This document shows, piece by piece, positions 1 through 11,007 of a DNA stretch of 64,000 bases (position 1 is the stretch's first letter; every line of letters starts with the position of its first letter). Below the pieces are notes generated by a model. It ran no database searches. It had not been told where the DNA came from and saw only the letters and a list, made by a program, of their open reading frames with translations. Source of the DNA: an uncultured Desulfospira sp. (lineage in GTDB: Bacteria; Desulfobacterota; Desulfobacteria; Desulfobacterales; Desulfobacteraceae). The position numbers and the translations under genes are program-made. The stretch lies in assembly GCA_963663165.1 (NCBI GenBank), contig OY760175.1, positions 512,001 through 576,000 of the forward strand. Direction: 5' to 3'.

Positions 1-413
1 TCAAGGGCTTGCAGTTTTTCTTCACTGATCTGAGGCAGAGGCGAATCCGGGGATGGGGCCATGTTTTCCTGTGCGGTTTTAAGTTGGGCGATCTGTTCCT
101 CCAAGGCCTTGTTTTCAGCTTTAAGCTGTTCAATAACAGTGGATTTGGGCAGGGTATAAACCACAAACCGTTTGTCTACCCAGCCTGTTTCTCCAGATGC
201 AAGACCAACCTTTAAAAAAAGGTCTTTTTCTTCCATGATGGTTAAAGGGGTATCGCTTTGCAGTTTTTTGATCACCGGAAAGGTTCGGGACGGGCCTTCC
301 CGAAGGGTGAGAATCAGCATATCAGATACATATCCGGTCTTGGCCGGGCAAAGATCAGCAAGGCCAAAGCAAGTCAGGAAAACAACTATAATGCTGAAAA
401 CGATTTTTCTCAT
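1..413 (-). CDS. SH3-domain exported protein (TIGR04211/YgiM-like), runs off the window start
   Basis: Read manually on the minus strand (absent from the ORF track): MRKIVFSIIVVFLTCFGLADLCPAKTGYVSDMLILTLREGPS...ETGWVDKRFV. Signal peptide, SH3b-type YVSD/LREGPS/GWV motifs, then a coiled coil; GGAGG RBS upstream. Confidence 0.8.
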   Translation of the reverse strand, partial: MRKIVFSIIVVFLTCFGLADLCPAKTGYVSDMLILTLREGPSRTFPVIKKLQSDTPLTIMEEKDLFLKVGLASGETGWVDKRFVVYTLPKSTVIEQLKAENKALEEQIAQLKTAQENMAPSPDSPLPQISEEKLQAL

Positions 414-486
414 ATTTCTATTGCCTCCGTAGTTTTTTTTTGTTTCAATAACAATCCTTGTACGATTTTACAATAGTCAGGTGAAA

Positions 487-1929
487 ATGAATCAGGAATT
501 ATACAAAAAATTATACATCACCAATATCCTTAACGGGGTGACTGAAGGCCTTTCAAAGTTTATCAGGCCTAGCCGGGTTGCCGTAATTTTTGCCGCAAAG
601 CCTGAAGACCCGGTAATGATACTTGACCCTAACGGGCTTCTTAAGGGACACGAAACCAGGCTCAAAGAGTTGTTTTTTACGGATCATCGCCAATGGCGGC
701 TTGATTTGATCGAAAAAATTAACTGTCAGCCTTTAGGCCATTTTGTGCTTGAAGAAGATCCGGGCTTGTCCGGCCTGATTTCCTGCGGCGGGATTAGTTC
801 GGAATTTTTTTACCAGTCCTGGTTTACGGACCATCACCCGGACATGTGTTCCAAAAAACCGGTTAAATGCTGGCTTGAGCAGGCAATCACCCTGTTTATC
901 CACGATTTTAATTCAACCACAACGGTTATCAACGCCTCAGACTATGTGCTTAAAAATTATTCCCTTCAGGCTGTCGCAGATGCTATCGTGGACGAAAGAG
1001 AACAGCATTTGACCTTTGACAGCCGCATGCAGATACCGCCCATCCTCAATGCGATTCTCAATATCTCAAAAACCCGTGAGGAAGGGGCCTGGGCCCGGGG
1101 ACATTTGTTTTTTACCGATGCCCATAAACTGGAATCCCTTGATTTTATAACCAAAATTCAACGTCATGAGCGGCCCTCAATATCCAATGCAAAGCACATT
1201 AGAAAATTGTTGCTGGCGGTAGAGCGCTCGGATCGTAAGCTGGCCTCTGACGGCCTGTCTGTTATCGGGATTACCGATGTCGCCATACCCGATTATGCGG
1301 TCACCGCTGATTTCAGGGGCGATTTTGGGTTTTTAAAACTCGGGAACGAAAAGCTGGCCTCTTTTCATGACGGCAGCTTTTATTCCACTACCCGCAAGGC
1401 CAAAATGGTGGAGTTAGAAGAGCTTCTAATGGATTCTCAGTTGGACGGTGAGGCTTCCAATTTGCTGTTTCAGGTGGTATCCAATCTGGTTCATGCGGCC
1501 GGGACCTCCCGCCACGGGTGTACCCTTGTGCTGGATCTTAACGAGCTTCCCGTGCCTTTGTCCGGCCATGTGCTGGAACCTTCCTTAAGCCTTCTGGAAC
1601 CCAAAAATTTTAACCTTGCCCGGTCTTTGTTAAAAATTGACGGCGCGGTTCACTTAACCGGAGACAGCCATATCCATGGATTTGCCTGCCTTCTGGACGG
1701 CACCACCATCAAGCATGAAAACATGGCAAGAGGCGCCCGGTACAACTCGGCTCTAAGATTCTCTTCGAATCACCCCAAAATTATTATTGTGGTGGTCTCT
1801 TCAGACCGGCCCGTTTCCATTATCCATAATGGTATTGAAATTAACGCATCCCGGTTATGGAAACCGGTCTATGCCATGTCACCTGAATTAATCCCCCTTG
1901 AAACTTATCTTAACGGAGTTCAATTATGA
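487..1929 (+). CDS. DisA_N/DAC (diadenylate cyclase-like) domain protein with long N-terminal putative sensor region
   Basis: C-terminal HGCTLV...IDGAVHL...[12 protein letters not shown]...VVVSSD pattern of DAC domains. Confidence 0.75.
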   Translation: MNQELYKKLYITNILNGVTEGLSKFIRPSRVAVIFAAKPEDPVMILDPNGLLKGHETRLKELFFTDHRQWRLDLIEKINCQPLGHFVLEEDPGLSGLISCGGISSEFFYQSWFTDHHPDMCSKKPVKCWLEQAITLFIHDFNSTTTVINASDYVLKNYSLQAVADAIVDEREQHLTFDSRMQIPPILNAILNISKTREEGAWARGHLFFTDAHKLESLDFITKIQRHERPSISNAKHIRKLLLAVERSDRKLASDGLSVIGITDVAIPDYAVTADFRGDFGFLKLGNEKLASFHDGSFYSTTRKAKMVELEELLMDSQLDGEASNLLFQVVSNLVHAAGTSRHGCTLVLDLNELPVPLSGHVLEPSLSLLEPKNFNLARSLLKIDGAVHLTGDSHIHGFACLLDGTTIKHENMARGARYNSALRFSSNHPKIIIVVVSSDRPVSIIHNGIEINASRLWKPVYAMSPELIPLETYLNGVQL

Positions 1930-2402
1930 CACACGACCATCACCATGGGCATTCCCATGGGCACGACCATAGCCACAGCCATGAACATTCCCATGGCCAG
2001 GATCATTCCCATAATCACGAACATACCCATTCCCATACCCATGACCATTCTCACGATCATGGGGATTCCCATAATCACGCACACTCACCTTCCCATGCCC
2101 ATGACCACGGGCATTCTCATGACCACGATCATGGACATACCCACGATCATGAACATACCCATGATCATGGACATACCCATTCCCATGATACTGAAATGAG
2201 TCTGGAACAAAAGCTGGCCACCTTGTTTGCCCACTGGGTAGACCATAACGAAAGCCATAAGGATAATTTTTTGTCCTGGGCAACCAAAGCCAGAGACCAG
2301 GGGCTTTTAGAGATTGCCGGCCACCTCGAAGAGGCCGGAAGGCTTTCAGAGCAGGTCACAGCCGAACTTAAAAAGGCAAGGGATGGACTGGAAAAATCCT
2401 GA
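1926..2402 (+). CDS. Histidine-rich putative metal (Ni/Co)-binding protein
   Basis: About 41 His in the first ~88 aa as HX repeats, then a helical domain with [13 protein letters not shown] overlap with the upstream gene. Confidence 0.75.
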   Translation: MTHDHHHGHSHGHDHSHSHEHSHGQDHSHNHEHTHSHTHDHSHDHGDSHNHAHSPSHAHDHGHSHDHDHGHTHDHEHTHDHGHTHSHDTEMSLEQKLATLFAHWVDHNESHKDNFLSWATKARDQGLLEIAGHLEEAGRLSEQVTAELKKARDGLEKS

Positions 2403-3381
2403 AAATCTTGCCGGCCAGCGGCTCATGCTTGGGTTTAACGGCCCTGAGTTTAACGATGAAGTCATTGAGATCATAGACCGGTTTAAAGCCGGCGGCATTA
2501 TCCTGTTCCGGCAGAATATTGAATCCCCGGAACAGGTGGCCCGCCTTTGCGCCCGGATCCAGGAACATGCCCGATCATCAGGCCGTTTACCGCTGTTTAT
2601 TGCTATTGACCAGGAAGGCGGGACGGTTTCCCGGTTAAGGCCGCCCTTTACACAGTTTGCCGGGAATCCGTCTATTCAGACCCTGGGTCAGGCCAAAGAA
2701 TTTGCAAAAACAACGGCCTTAGAGCTTAACCATGCCGGCATCAACATGAATCTTGCCCCGGTCATGGATGCCTGTCCTGAGGGGGTTGACTCTATCATGA
2801 AGGCGCGTGCCTTTAAAGGGGATGTCCGGACGGTGGCGGATTTGGGCTGTCAGGTAATCCAGACCCTCCAGGAAAACGGGATCATGGCGGTGGCCAAACA
2901 TTTTCCGGGTATTGGAAGGACCGTAAAGGATTCCCATTATTTCCTGCCGGTTCTGGAGGCAGACCTTGAGGTCCTTGAGCCATCCGATATGGTGCCCTTT
3001 AAAGCCGCCGAAAAGGCCGGGGTATCCGGGATCATGCTCTCCCATATTTCCTATCCCCGCCTGGATGACCAGTGGCAGGCCAGCCTTTCCCCGGCCATTG
3101 CCCATGACCTGTTAAGGGTGAGGATGGGGTTTCAGGGCCTTTCCCTGACCGATGATCTGGATATGAAGGCCATTTCCCATGATATGGAAACCTGCGTTGG
3201 CCAGATTTTGAGGGCCGGGATTGATCTTGCCCTGATCTGCCACCAGGGACCTGCCATGGCCGCGGCATTTAATGAAATGGTCAGGCTGTTTAAAACCAGC
3301 GAAGAATTACGGGCTTCAGGAAAGGTCTGCCTTGATCGAATTATCTCGGCCAAGAAAGCATACCTCTCCAATCTTATGTAG
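2383..3381 (+). CDS. nagZ: Beta-N-acetylhexosaminidase (GH3)
   Basis: [21 protein letters not shown] and TDDLDMKAI motifs. Confidence 0.9.
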   Translation: MDWKNPENLAGQRLMLGFNGPEFNDEVIEIIDRFKAGGIILFRQNIESPEQVARLCARIQEHARSSGRLPLFIAIDQEGGTVSRLRPPFTQFAGNPSIQTLGQAKEFAKTTALELNHAGINMNLAPVMDACPEGVDSIMKARAFKGDVRTVADLGCQVIQTLQENGIMAVAKHFPGIGRTVKDSHYFLPVLEADLEVLEPSDMVPFKAAEKAGVSGIMLSHISYPRLDDQWQASLSPAIAHDLLRVRMGFQGLSLTDDLDMKAISHDMETCVGQILRAGIDLALICHQGPAMAAAFNEMVRLFKTSEELRASGKVCLDRIISAKKAYLSNLM

Positions 3382-3493
3382 TGTTTGAACTAACGGCCAC
3401 GGGCCGTCTTGGTTATCCAACCAAGAACCGCCCACAACAAATATTGAAAGTCTTCTCAGAACGTTAGTGAGACTTTCTTATAAAAAATATAGT

Positions 3494-4489
3494 TTAAAGT
3501 TTGATGCGGGAAAATACATCCTGACCATCGGTAATGGTTTCTTTATTTGCAATCATCACACTGCCTCTGGCCGCAATCATGGCGGCATTGTCCGAACATA
3601 GGGAAACCGGGGGATGAAAGACGGTTATGCCCTGTTCTTTGGCCCTTATCGTGAGTTGGTTTACCAGGGTCTGGTTGGCGGAAACCCCTCCGGAAATGCC
3701 GATTCTCGGGCATCCTTTGGAAGCGGCCGCCCGGATGAGTTTGTCTGAAATCACATCAATGACCGCAGCCTGAAAAGAGGCGGCTACCCTGGCCCGATCC
3801 CCAGGGGTGTTCGTTTCATTTTCATGAAGATACCGGGCTACAGCGGATTTGATCCCGCTGAAGCTAAAATCAAAATTGTCCCTGTCCAGCATGGGCCTGG
3901 GGAATGGAATATCCGGTGTCCCGGTTTTGGCCAGCCGTTCAATGACCGGCCCGCCGGGATATCCCAGGGCCATCATTTTGGCGACCTTGTCAAAGGCTTC
4001 GCCGGCAGCATCGTCAAGGGTCTGTCCCATCAGCACAAATTCGGATTTTGAAATGACGTGATATATGTTGGTGTGCCCCCCGGAGACCACCAGAGCCACA
4101 AAGGGAAATTCAGGGGGATGGTCCGTTAACAAAAGAGAATAAATATGGGCCTCTAAATGGTTCACCCCTGCCAAGGGAATCTTCCGGGCATGGGCAAAGG
4201 CCTTGGCAAAGGAAAATCCAACCAGAAGGGCGCCGATCAGCCCCGGTCCCCGGGTAGCGGCAACAGCATCAATATCTTTTATGGAGATACCGGCTTCCCG
4301 GACCGCCTGATCCACAACCCCGGTAACCGCTTCAAGATGCATCCGTGACGCCAGTTCCGGTACAACGCCCCCGTACAGTTGATGGACATCAACCTGGGAG
4401 GCAATAACTGAAGACAGAACGGTAAAGGTGTCTTTGACCACAGCGGCTGCGGTCTCATCACAGGAGGATTCAATGCCCAGCAGGATCAT
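3494..4489 (-). CDS. tsaD: tRNA threonylcarbamoyltransferase TsaD
   Basis: GIESSCDETAAA, GGVVPELASRMH, NHLEAH, SGGHT, DDAAGEAFDK, DNAAMIA. Confidence 0.97.
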   Translation of the reverse strand: MILLGIESSCDETAAAVVKDTFTVLSSVIASQVDVHQLYGGVVPELASRMHLEAVTGVVDQAVREAGISIKDIDAVAATRGPGLIGALLVGFSFAKAFAHARKIPLAGVNHLEAHIYSLLLTDHPPEFPFVALVVSGGHTNIYHVISKSEFVLMGQTLDDAAGEAFDKVAKMMALGYPGGPVIERLAKTGTPDIPFPRPMLDRDNFDFSFSGIKSAVARYLHENETNTPGDRARVAASFQAAVIDVISDKLIRAAASKGCPRIGISGGVSANQTLVNQLTIRAKEQGITVFHPPVSLCSDNAAMIAARGSVMIANKETITDGQDVFSRIKL

Positions 4490-4510
4490 GATGGTGCTGC
4501 ACCATGGGCA

Positions 4511-5554
4511 TTAAGCCCACTGGGTCTGCTTTTCGTTCCCTTCACGGGAAGCAATTTCACCAATGTGAAAGGCATTGATTTCCATGGCGGAAAGCCGGTC
4601 CATGACATCCTGGCATGAGGGTTCGGGCACAATCACAATCATGCCGATGCCGTTGTTGAAGGTTCGGTTCATTTCCATGTCCGATACGTTGCCTTCCCGT
4701 TGCAGCAGGGTAAACACCGGGGGGATCTCCCAGGAATTTTTATGAATGATGGCTTTGCAGACATCGGGCATGACCCGGATAATGTTGTCAACAATCCCGC
4801 CCCCGGTCACATGAACCAGTCCGTGAACCGGCAGATCCCGAAGAAGGCTTAAAATGGTGGAAACATAGATTACCGTAGGCTTGAGCAGTTCTTCTCCCAA
4901 GGTTGTCCCGAAATCCGGAATCGGGGTAGACACATCATACCCGCATTTTTCAAAAAAGATTTTACGGACCAGGGAAAATCCATTGGAGTGAACGCCGCTT
5001 GAGGCAATGCCGATAATCTGATGGCCGGGCCTGACATAAGAGCCGTCAATGATTTTATCGTTGTCAACGATCCCCACGGCAAATCCGGACAAATCATACT
5101 CTCCCTCCTTGTACATGTCCGGCATTTCAGCGGTTTCACCGCCGATCAGGGCACAGCCGGCTTCGGTACACCCCTTGGCAATGCCGGCAACAATCTGTTC
5201 GGCCACCTTGTTGTCCAGGCAGCCCATGGCCAGGTAATCCAGGAAAAATAAGGGTTTGGCCCCCTGAACCACGATGTCGTTGACCACCATGGCCACCAGG
5301 TCGATGCCGATGGTGTCGTGTTTGTCCATTTGAAAGGCAATTTTTAACTTGGTTCCCACACCATCCGTGGAACTGACCAGAACCGGATTGGAAATATTGG
5401 AAAGGTTAAGAGAAAACAATCCGCCAAATCCACCGATTTCCCCCATAACGCCGGACCGGGGGGTGGATTTTGCAATAACCTTGATGCGGTCAATCAATTC
5501 ATTTGCCTTGTCAATATCAACGCCTGAGTCTGCATATGTCAGGGACTCGTTCAT
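4511..5554 (-). CDS. purM: Phosphoribosylformylglycinamidine cyclo-ligase
   Basis: TYADSGVDI, GGFGGLF, DGVGTKL, GGETAEMP, HSNGFSL. Confidence 0.97.
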   Translation of the reverse strand: MNESLTYADSGVDIDKANELIDRIKVIAKSTPRSGVMGEIGGFGGLFSLNLSNISNPVLVSSTDGVGTKLKIAFQMDKHDTIGIDLVAMVVNDIVVQGAKPLFFLDYLAMGCLDNKVAEQIVAGIAKGCTEAGCALIGGETAEMPDMYKEGEYDLSGFAVGIVDNDKIIDGSYVRPGHQIIGIASSGVHSNGFSLVRKIFFEKCGYDVSTPIPDFGTTLGEELLKPTVIYVSTILSLLRDLPVHGLVHVTGGGIVDNIIRVMPDVCKAIIHKNSWEIPPVFTLLQREGNVSDMEMNRTFNNGIGMIVIVPEPSCQDVMDRLSAMEINAFHIGEIASREGNEKQTQWA

Positions 5555-5883
5555 ATAATACACCTTCGAAAATAAGGGGTTATGCCTCTCAATAGATCTT
5601 TATTATTTGCCTTTAAATTAAGCCGTTTCGCCAAGCCGTATGTTTCGTCCCAAATCCAGTCGTACCTGATTTTAAAGTTTCGGCTTATCCGGACGGATTC
5701 TATAAAACCTTTCAACAATAAACACAACGATTTTAAAAGTCAATAACGGCTTTAAAAGCTTTTTGACAACCCCCCTATTATAATGTATCTAAGCTAAATA
5801 TTGACCGCCCTGGCAAAGAACATCCACTAAAGGGCCATTTGAAGCAATTTGCAAAATTTTTTTATACCGGAGAACATGAATTC

Positions 5884-7197
5884 ATGAAAACCATTCAGAT
5901 CGGAATTCTGGGTTACGGGACCGTTGGCGCTGGCGTAGCAAGGCTGTTGACCCTGAAAGAAAACCTTCTGAAATCCAGGATCGGCGCATTCCTCAATCTT
6001 AAAGCCATTGCCGATATTGACATTGAAACCGACCGGGGCGTGGCGCTCAAGGATACGCAGCTGGTAACCGATGCCATGCAGATTATCGAGGACCCGGAAA
6101 TTGATATTGTGGTGGAACTCATTGGCGGGAAAACCATTGCCCGGGAATTGACCGTCAAGGCCCTGGAACATAAAAAACACGTGGTGACCGCCAACAAGGC
6201 GCTTTTGGCCGAGTTTGGCAACGATTTGATTCAAAGTGCCCGGGCCAATCAGGTGGATTTGGCCTTTGAAGCTTCCTGCGGCGGCTGCATGCCCATCATC
6301 AAGTCCCTTAGAGAATCTCTGGTGGCCAATGATATCCGGTCCATGGAAGCCATATTGAACGGGACCTGCAACTATATCTTAACCAAAATTTCCAGGGACG
6401 GGTCCAAATTCGAGGACGCCTTAAAAACCGCTCAGGAACTCGGGTATGCCGAAGCAGAACCTTCCCTTGATATTGACGGCCATGACACGGCCCATAAACT
6501 GGCCATATTAAATTCCCTGGCCCATGGCATGGAAATCAATTTAAAAGATATCCATGTGGAGGGAATCCGGAACATCACGCCTATGGATATTGAATTTGCA
6601 AAGGGGTTTGGATACACTGTCAAGCTGCTGGCCATTGGCCGGATTCAGGGCGACTATGTGGAGGCCCGGGTTCACCCGGCCATGATTGATGAGACCAACC
6701 CCTTGTCCTACGTGGACCATTCCATGAATGCCGTGTCCATTGATGCCGATGCCACCGGGAAAACCATGCTGTACGGGGCCGGTGCCGGGATGATGCCCAC
6801 GGCCAGCGCCGTATTAAGTGATATTGCCGATATGGCCAGAAACATTATCTCCGATACCCAGCGCCGGGTCCCCATTTTGGGATATCCTGAAGAGAATATC
6901 CGCAAGATTCCCATTTTGCCCATGTCGCAGCTGGTAACCAAATATTACCTTCGGTTTGAAGCCCAGGACCACCCCGGGGTGCTGGCCCGGATTTCAGGCA
7001 TCCTCGGCGACAATAACATCAGCATTAAATCCGTCCATCAGAAAGGCCGGAACAGCAACGGCAAAGTGCCTGTGGTCATGATCACACACAGGGCACAGGA
7101 AGCGTGGGTCCAGACGGCTTTAACTCAGATTTCCAAGGCTGGTTCCGTTGTGGGAGAACCGGTCATCATTCGAATTGAAGAAGAAAACCAGGATTAA
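5884..7197 (+). CDS. hom: Homoserine dehydrogenase with C-terminal ACT domain
   Basis: GYGTVG, VVTANKA, ILNGTCNYIL, GYAEAEPSLDIDGHD, DHPGVLA. Confidence 0.95.
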   Translation: MKTIQIGILGYGTVGAGVARLLTLKENLLKSRIGAFLNLKAIADIDIETDRGVALKDTQLVTDAMQIIEDPEIDIVVELIGGKTIARELTVKALEHKKHVVTANKALLAEFGNDLIQSARANQVDLAFEASCGGCMPIIKSLRESLVANDIRSMEAILNGTCNYILTKISRDGSKFEDALKTAQELGYAEAEPSLDIDGHDTAHKLAILNSLAHGMEINLKDIHVEGIRNITPMDIEFAKGFGYTVKLLAIGRIQGDYVEARVHPAMIDETNPLSYVDHSMNAVSIDADATGKTMLYGAGAGMMPTASAVLSDIADMARNIISDTQRRVPILGYPEENIRKIPILPMSQLVTKYYLRFEAQDHPGVLARISGILGDNNISIKSVHQKGRNSNGKVPVVMITHRAQEAWVQTALTQISKAGSVVGEPVIIRIEEENQD

Positions 7198-7210
7198 CCA
7201 GGAGAAAAAT

Positions 7211-7822
7211 ATGAACCTGCTGACCGCCGATCTTGAAGGGGTGTTTTTACCTGAAATCTGGATCAATGTGGCGTTAAAAACCGGCATTGAGGAACTCAAA
7301 CTGACCACCCGGGATATTAGTGACTACAACGTGCTTATGACCCGGCGCCTGGTCATTCTAAAAGAAAACAACCTCAAGATTAAGGATATCCAGGATGTCA
7401 TTGCCACCCTGGACCCGCTGCCGGGAGCCGCTGATGCCCTTGACTGGATCAGACGCCGGACCCAGATCATTATCCTGTCCGACACCTTTGAAGAATTTGT
7501 CCGGCCCCTTATGGCCAAACTCGGGTTCCCGGCCATGTTCTGCCACAGCCTGACCATAGACGGCCAGGGCAACATCACCAATTATAACCTGAGGATGGAA
7601 GACCAGAAGACCAAAGCGGTAGAGGCCTTAAGAAGCCTGAACTACCGGGTGATTTCCTTTGGGGACTCCTACAACGATATCGGCATGATCAAAGCCGCTG
7701 ACCAGGGATTCTTCTTTAAGCCCCCTGAAACCGTTATTCAGGAATTCCCCGAAATTCCAGTTGCCCGGGATTATGAAGAACTGAAAGCCATGATAACGTC
7801 CATGCTTGAAAATGAAAATTGA
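7211..7822 (+). CDS. thrH: Phosphoserine phosphatase/homoserine phosphotransferase (HAD)
   Basis: DLEGVFLPEIW, TTRDISDY, GDSYND; follows hom. Confidence 0.9.
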   Translation: MNLLTADLEGVFLPEIWINVALKTGIEELKLTTRDISDYNVLMTRRLVILKENNLKIKDIQDVIATLDPLPGAADALDWIRRRTQIIILSDTFEEFVRPLMAKLGFPAMFCHSLTIDGQGNITNYNLRMEDQKTKAVEALRSLNYRVISFGDSYNDIGMIKAADQGFFFKPPETVIQEFPEIPVARDYEELKAMITSMLENEN

Positions 7823-8780
7823 TTTAAATGATTTCGCCCGGATCAGGGTTCTGGTCATCGGGGATCTGATGATCGATGAATATCTGTGGGGAGACGTTGA
7901 CCGGATCTCTCCTGAGGCCCCGGTCCCTATTGTGGCGGTGCAGCGGGAGAGCCATACCTTGGGCGGGGCCGGAAACGTCATCAACAACCTGACGGCCATG
8001 GGCGCCAAGGTCATGGCTGTGGGAACCGCAGGAACCGGCAGGGCCGGGAAAATGGTGTTTGAACACCTGGAAAAAAAGGGGGTGAAAACCGACGGCATTG
8101 TCAGCGAGCCGGACCGGCCCACCACCCGGAAAACCCGTGTCATTGCCTCAAACCAGCAGGTATTGAGAATCGACAAGGAAGTCCGGCGGGAAATCAGCGC
8201 CGAAACCCTTGAACGCCTGACATCGGCCATCCATGAAAAAATTGCCCGGTCTGATGTGATTATTATTTCCGATTACGACAAAGGCCTGGTGACAAGGGAC
8301 CTGGTGGCCCGGACCGTTGATGCGGCAAAAAAAAAGAACATCCCGGTGCTGGCTGACCCCAAATCCCGGGATTTTACCAAATACACCGGCGTCAGCCTGC
8401 TGACCCCGAACCGGAAAGAGGCCGGTATTGCTGTGAACATGCCCCTTGAAACGGATGAGGATCTGGCCCTGGCCGGCCATCAAATTTTAAGCCGGACCGA
8501 TATTGAACGGCTGATCATTACCTGCGGCAAGGACGGCATGGTATTGTTTCAAGGCAGCCAGGCCCCCTTTACCATCGCATCCGAGGCCCGCCAGGTGTTT
8601 GATGTATCCGGGGCAGGGGATACGGTGATTTCCCTTCTTGGTTTAGGCCTTGCCGCCGGGGCCACTTTCCGGGAAAGTGCGGCCTTGGCCAATGCCGCCG
8701 CCGGCATCGTGGTGGGCAAGGTCGGCACGGCCACCGCCTCCATTCAAGAGCTTGCCCAGGCTTTAAATAAAACCAATTAA
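7812..8780 (+). CDS. rfaE1: D-glycero-beta-D-manno-heptose-7-phosphate kinase (PfkB family)
   Basis: GDLMIDEY, RISPEAPVP, LGGAGNV, SDYDKG, DVSGAGDTV. Confidence 0.93.
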   Translation: MKIDLNDFARIRVLVIGDLMIDEYLWGDVDRISPEAPVPIVAVQRESHTLGGAGNVINNLTAMGAKVMAVGTAGTGRAGKMVFEHLEKKGVKTDGIVSEPDRPTTRKTRVIASNQQVLRIDKEVRREISAETLERLTSAIHEKIARSDVIIISDYDKGLVTRDLVARTVDAAKKKNIPVLADPKSRDFTKYTGVSLLTPNRKEAGIAVNMPLETDEDLALAGHQILSRTDIERLIITCGKDGMVLFQGSQAPFTIASEARQVFDVSGAGDTVISLLGLGLAAGATFRESAALANAAAGIVVGKVGTATASIQELAQALNKTN

Positions 8781-8787
8781 AAAGTCC

Positions 8788-8816
8788 TTGACTATAAAAA
8801 GTGTTTGAATTATATT
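8788..8816 (+). promoter_or_regulatory. Sigma70-type promoter of the tRNA
   Basis: TTGACT-17 nt-TATATT followed by GC-rich discriminator AGGCGCC. Confidence 0.7.
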
Positions 8817-8828
8817 AGGCGCCATTGT

Positions 8829-8905
<77 letters not shown>

Positions 8906-8914
8906 AAAAATACG

Positions 8915-8945
8915 GGGCTTTCAGCAAATCTGCTGAAAGCCCTTT
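8915..8945 (+). terminator. Intrinsic terminator-like hairpin after the tRNA
   Basis: GGGCTTTCAGCA-AATC-TGCTGAAAGCCC (12-bp perfect stem) followed by TTT. Confidence 0.75.
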
Positions 8946-8962
8946 GTGATTTTAAAAAGCTG

Positions 8963-9022
8963 TCCCCCACACTATCCCCCACATTCATGGACATTTTCAA
9001 CGTCCCCCACATTTCCCCCACA
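8963..9022. repeat. Four TCCCCCACA direct repeats, probable integrase arm-type sites
   Basis: Copies at 8963, 8975, 9003 and 9014, arranged as two tandem pairs 60-120 bp from the tRNA end. Confidence 0.7.
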
Positions 9023-9382
9023 CCACAAACCCAAAGCCCAATAAATCCGCACTAGCATAAACCGGCCCTGTATTTTTCATTCTAAGGCCGTTTCAGGGGA
9101 TGGGGTATATCTCAGTACCCGGGAAATCGGCGGGGTTTTACATATGGACGGATTTAATGCCCCCTGGCAAGGAGAGGGGAAAGGGACGGACGGGCCGGGT
9201 CAAGGGAGAGAACCAGGCGGTAACCAGGCGGTCACTCTCCCCCGGGCTGCTGGTGGTGGCGGCGGCGATCAGGGCCAGGGGGCAGGACGGGAGCCGGGCA
9301 AGAGGGATGGATAACCGCCCCCCGTTCTTTTCTCCCTGCCGGGCCTGGGAACATCGGCTGCCTGTTGACATGGCATTTAATT

Positions 9383-9682
9383 TTAATCGCTGAAATCCAG
9401 ATACGTTTCTATCGTTTGATTCCACGCTGACAGAAGATCCTGATTTATTTGGGCCACTAAGGCTATCGGATCTCCATCGTCCGGCATGTTGAATTCCATC
9501 ATTATCCTGCCCCTTTCCTCCCCGAACGATTCCATTATCTGTTCTTCCCGTTCCTTCAGGAAAGCTTGAAGACGGCGGCTCTTTTTCAATTCCCGGTACG
9601 TCTTTGGCGCTCTTGTCTCCAGGGCCGCTTCTATCCTCTGCAACCGCTGTCTTACCTGTTGGGTTGCCATTATTGCCAACAT
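9383..9682 (-). CDS. Hypothetical protein, TnpV-like
   Basis: AGGAGG RBS. LETRAPKTYRELKKSRRLQAFLKEREEQ...DPIALVAQINQ resembles the TnpV pattern (from memory). Confidence 0.5.
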   Translation of the reverse strand: MLAIMATQQVRQRLQRIEAALETRAPKTYRELKKSRRLQAFLKEREEQIMESFGEERGRIMMEFNMPDDGDPIALVAQINQDLLSAWNQTIETYLDFSD

Positions 9683-10242
9683 TGGTTTCCTCCTGGGGTT
9701 TGTCCTGCTGTTTTATCCCGGGTGTTCTCCTGTAATTTTTCCCTGTGGTTTCCTTTCAATGTATTCTCCGGGTTTTTTCACGTCAAGGGGCTCTGTGCCT
9801 TTTGTCCCGGCCATGCCTATTTCATTCATTGTTCAACCCGGTTAAAGGTGCTTTCCTTTTCATTTGGGATATCGCAATAACCAAAAAGGCCATACTCTGT
9901 TTCACTCGGATGTGGGAGCAAAATAACTTCCAGTAATCTTGAATTGTCAGGCCTTTCAGAAAATCAATTCTATAATATATAAAATGTAATCTCGAGATTT
10001 GAACCGGACCACAAGATATGGTATGTGGAATCAAATCGTGAATCCGAGCATATATTCCATTTATGTTGCTCAGCCAATTTGTAAAGCCGGTTGGACAGCG
10101 TTGAACAGACTTCCCAAAAAGGAATTTTAACTTAAGGGCTGGCTTGCCCCACTTTGATTCATTCGATAGATATTTTTTCTTGACTTTGGGAATATATCCG
10201 GATATGCGACTGATATCTAACTGGACAATTTAATTCATTAGG

Positions 10243-10770
10243 ATGGGCGTCATGAAATCTTTTCTTCTGTTTTTAAGTATTTGTGCATTTTTTTTAACTC
10301 TTATTTTTACGAATACGGGTGTTTGTGGCCTTGTTTTGACACAGGGCGAATCATATACTTTTGAATTTACGTCTTTGCCTTATCACTCAGCATATACAGA
10401 AGATCATTTAGCATTTAGTTTTGTAGATCTGACTTTAATTACACCCGATGCAGCGGAATTTAGGTTTTCTGTTTATGAAAATTCAACAGAGGAGACACCG
10501 ATAAGAAGCGAATTGTGCAAATCAAGTACGGGATATCTTGAACCGGCTTCTTCTACTTCTTGGCAGGACTTGCAGGGAATTTTCCAGATAAATGTAATAA
10601 ACGGTATAATCGAACTCGAATCCTTCAGGGCAGCTACTGTAATCGGTAACAGTCTTTATAAACAGACATTTACAGTTCCTATACCACAATCTGGTATGTT
10701 TATTTTAGTCGGGGTTTTGGGGATGTTTTTTGCACAATACGCAAGAAGAAAACTGAAATTCATCCTTTAA
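10243..10770 (+). CDS. Exported protein with PEP-CTERM/VPLPA-CTERM-like sorting signal
   Basis: N-terminal signal peptide; C-terminal VPIP + hydrophobic helix + RRK basic tail. Confidence 0.7.
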   Translation: MGVMKSFLLFLSICAFFLTLIFTNTGVCGLVLTQGESYTFEFTSLPYHSAYTEDHLAFSFVDLTLITPDAAEFRFSVYENSTEETPIRSELCKSSTGYLEPASSTSWQDLQGIFQINVINGIIELESFRAATVIGNSLYKQTFTVPIPQSGMFILVGVLGMFFAQYARRKLKFIL

Positions 10771-11007
10771 GAAGGATTTTTGTTCATGAAATCCATTATT
10801 CTAAAGCAGGTATGTTTCTGGCTCATTTTTTCCTTGGGTGTGATATTGTTGTCCTTTCAAAAAGGGGTCGTGATTTGGGGTCGGGCCAAGCTAATGCGCT
10901 GAATTTAAAATAAATAGCCTTTATAAACACCCTCAAAACTGTCTTAAATGAATGTTTTTGGGGGCAAAATGGCCATCTTAAAAAGACTAATAGCCAAAAC
11001 GGGGATT

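Noticed and set aside
9..476. Three short plus-strand ORFs in the track
   Set aside because: Shadows of the minus-strand SH3 gene, which has an RBS and recognisable motifs.
1924..2283. Alternative-frame and antisense repetitive ORFs over the His-rich gene
   Set aside because: By-products of the low-complexity repeat; the HX frame has the operon overlap and a sensible C-terminal domain.
9100..9425. GC-rich ORFs on both strands within the island
   Set aside because: No recognisable motifs; probably decayed sequence.
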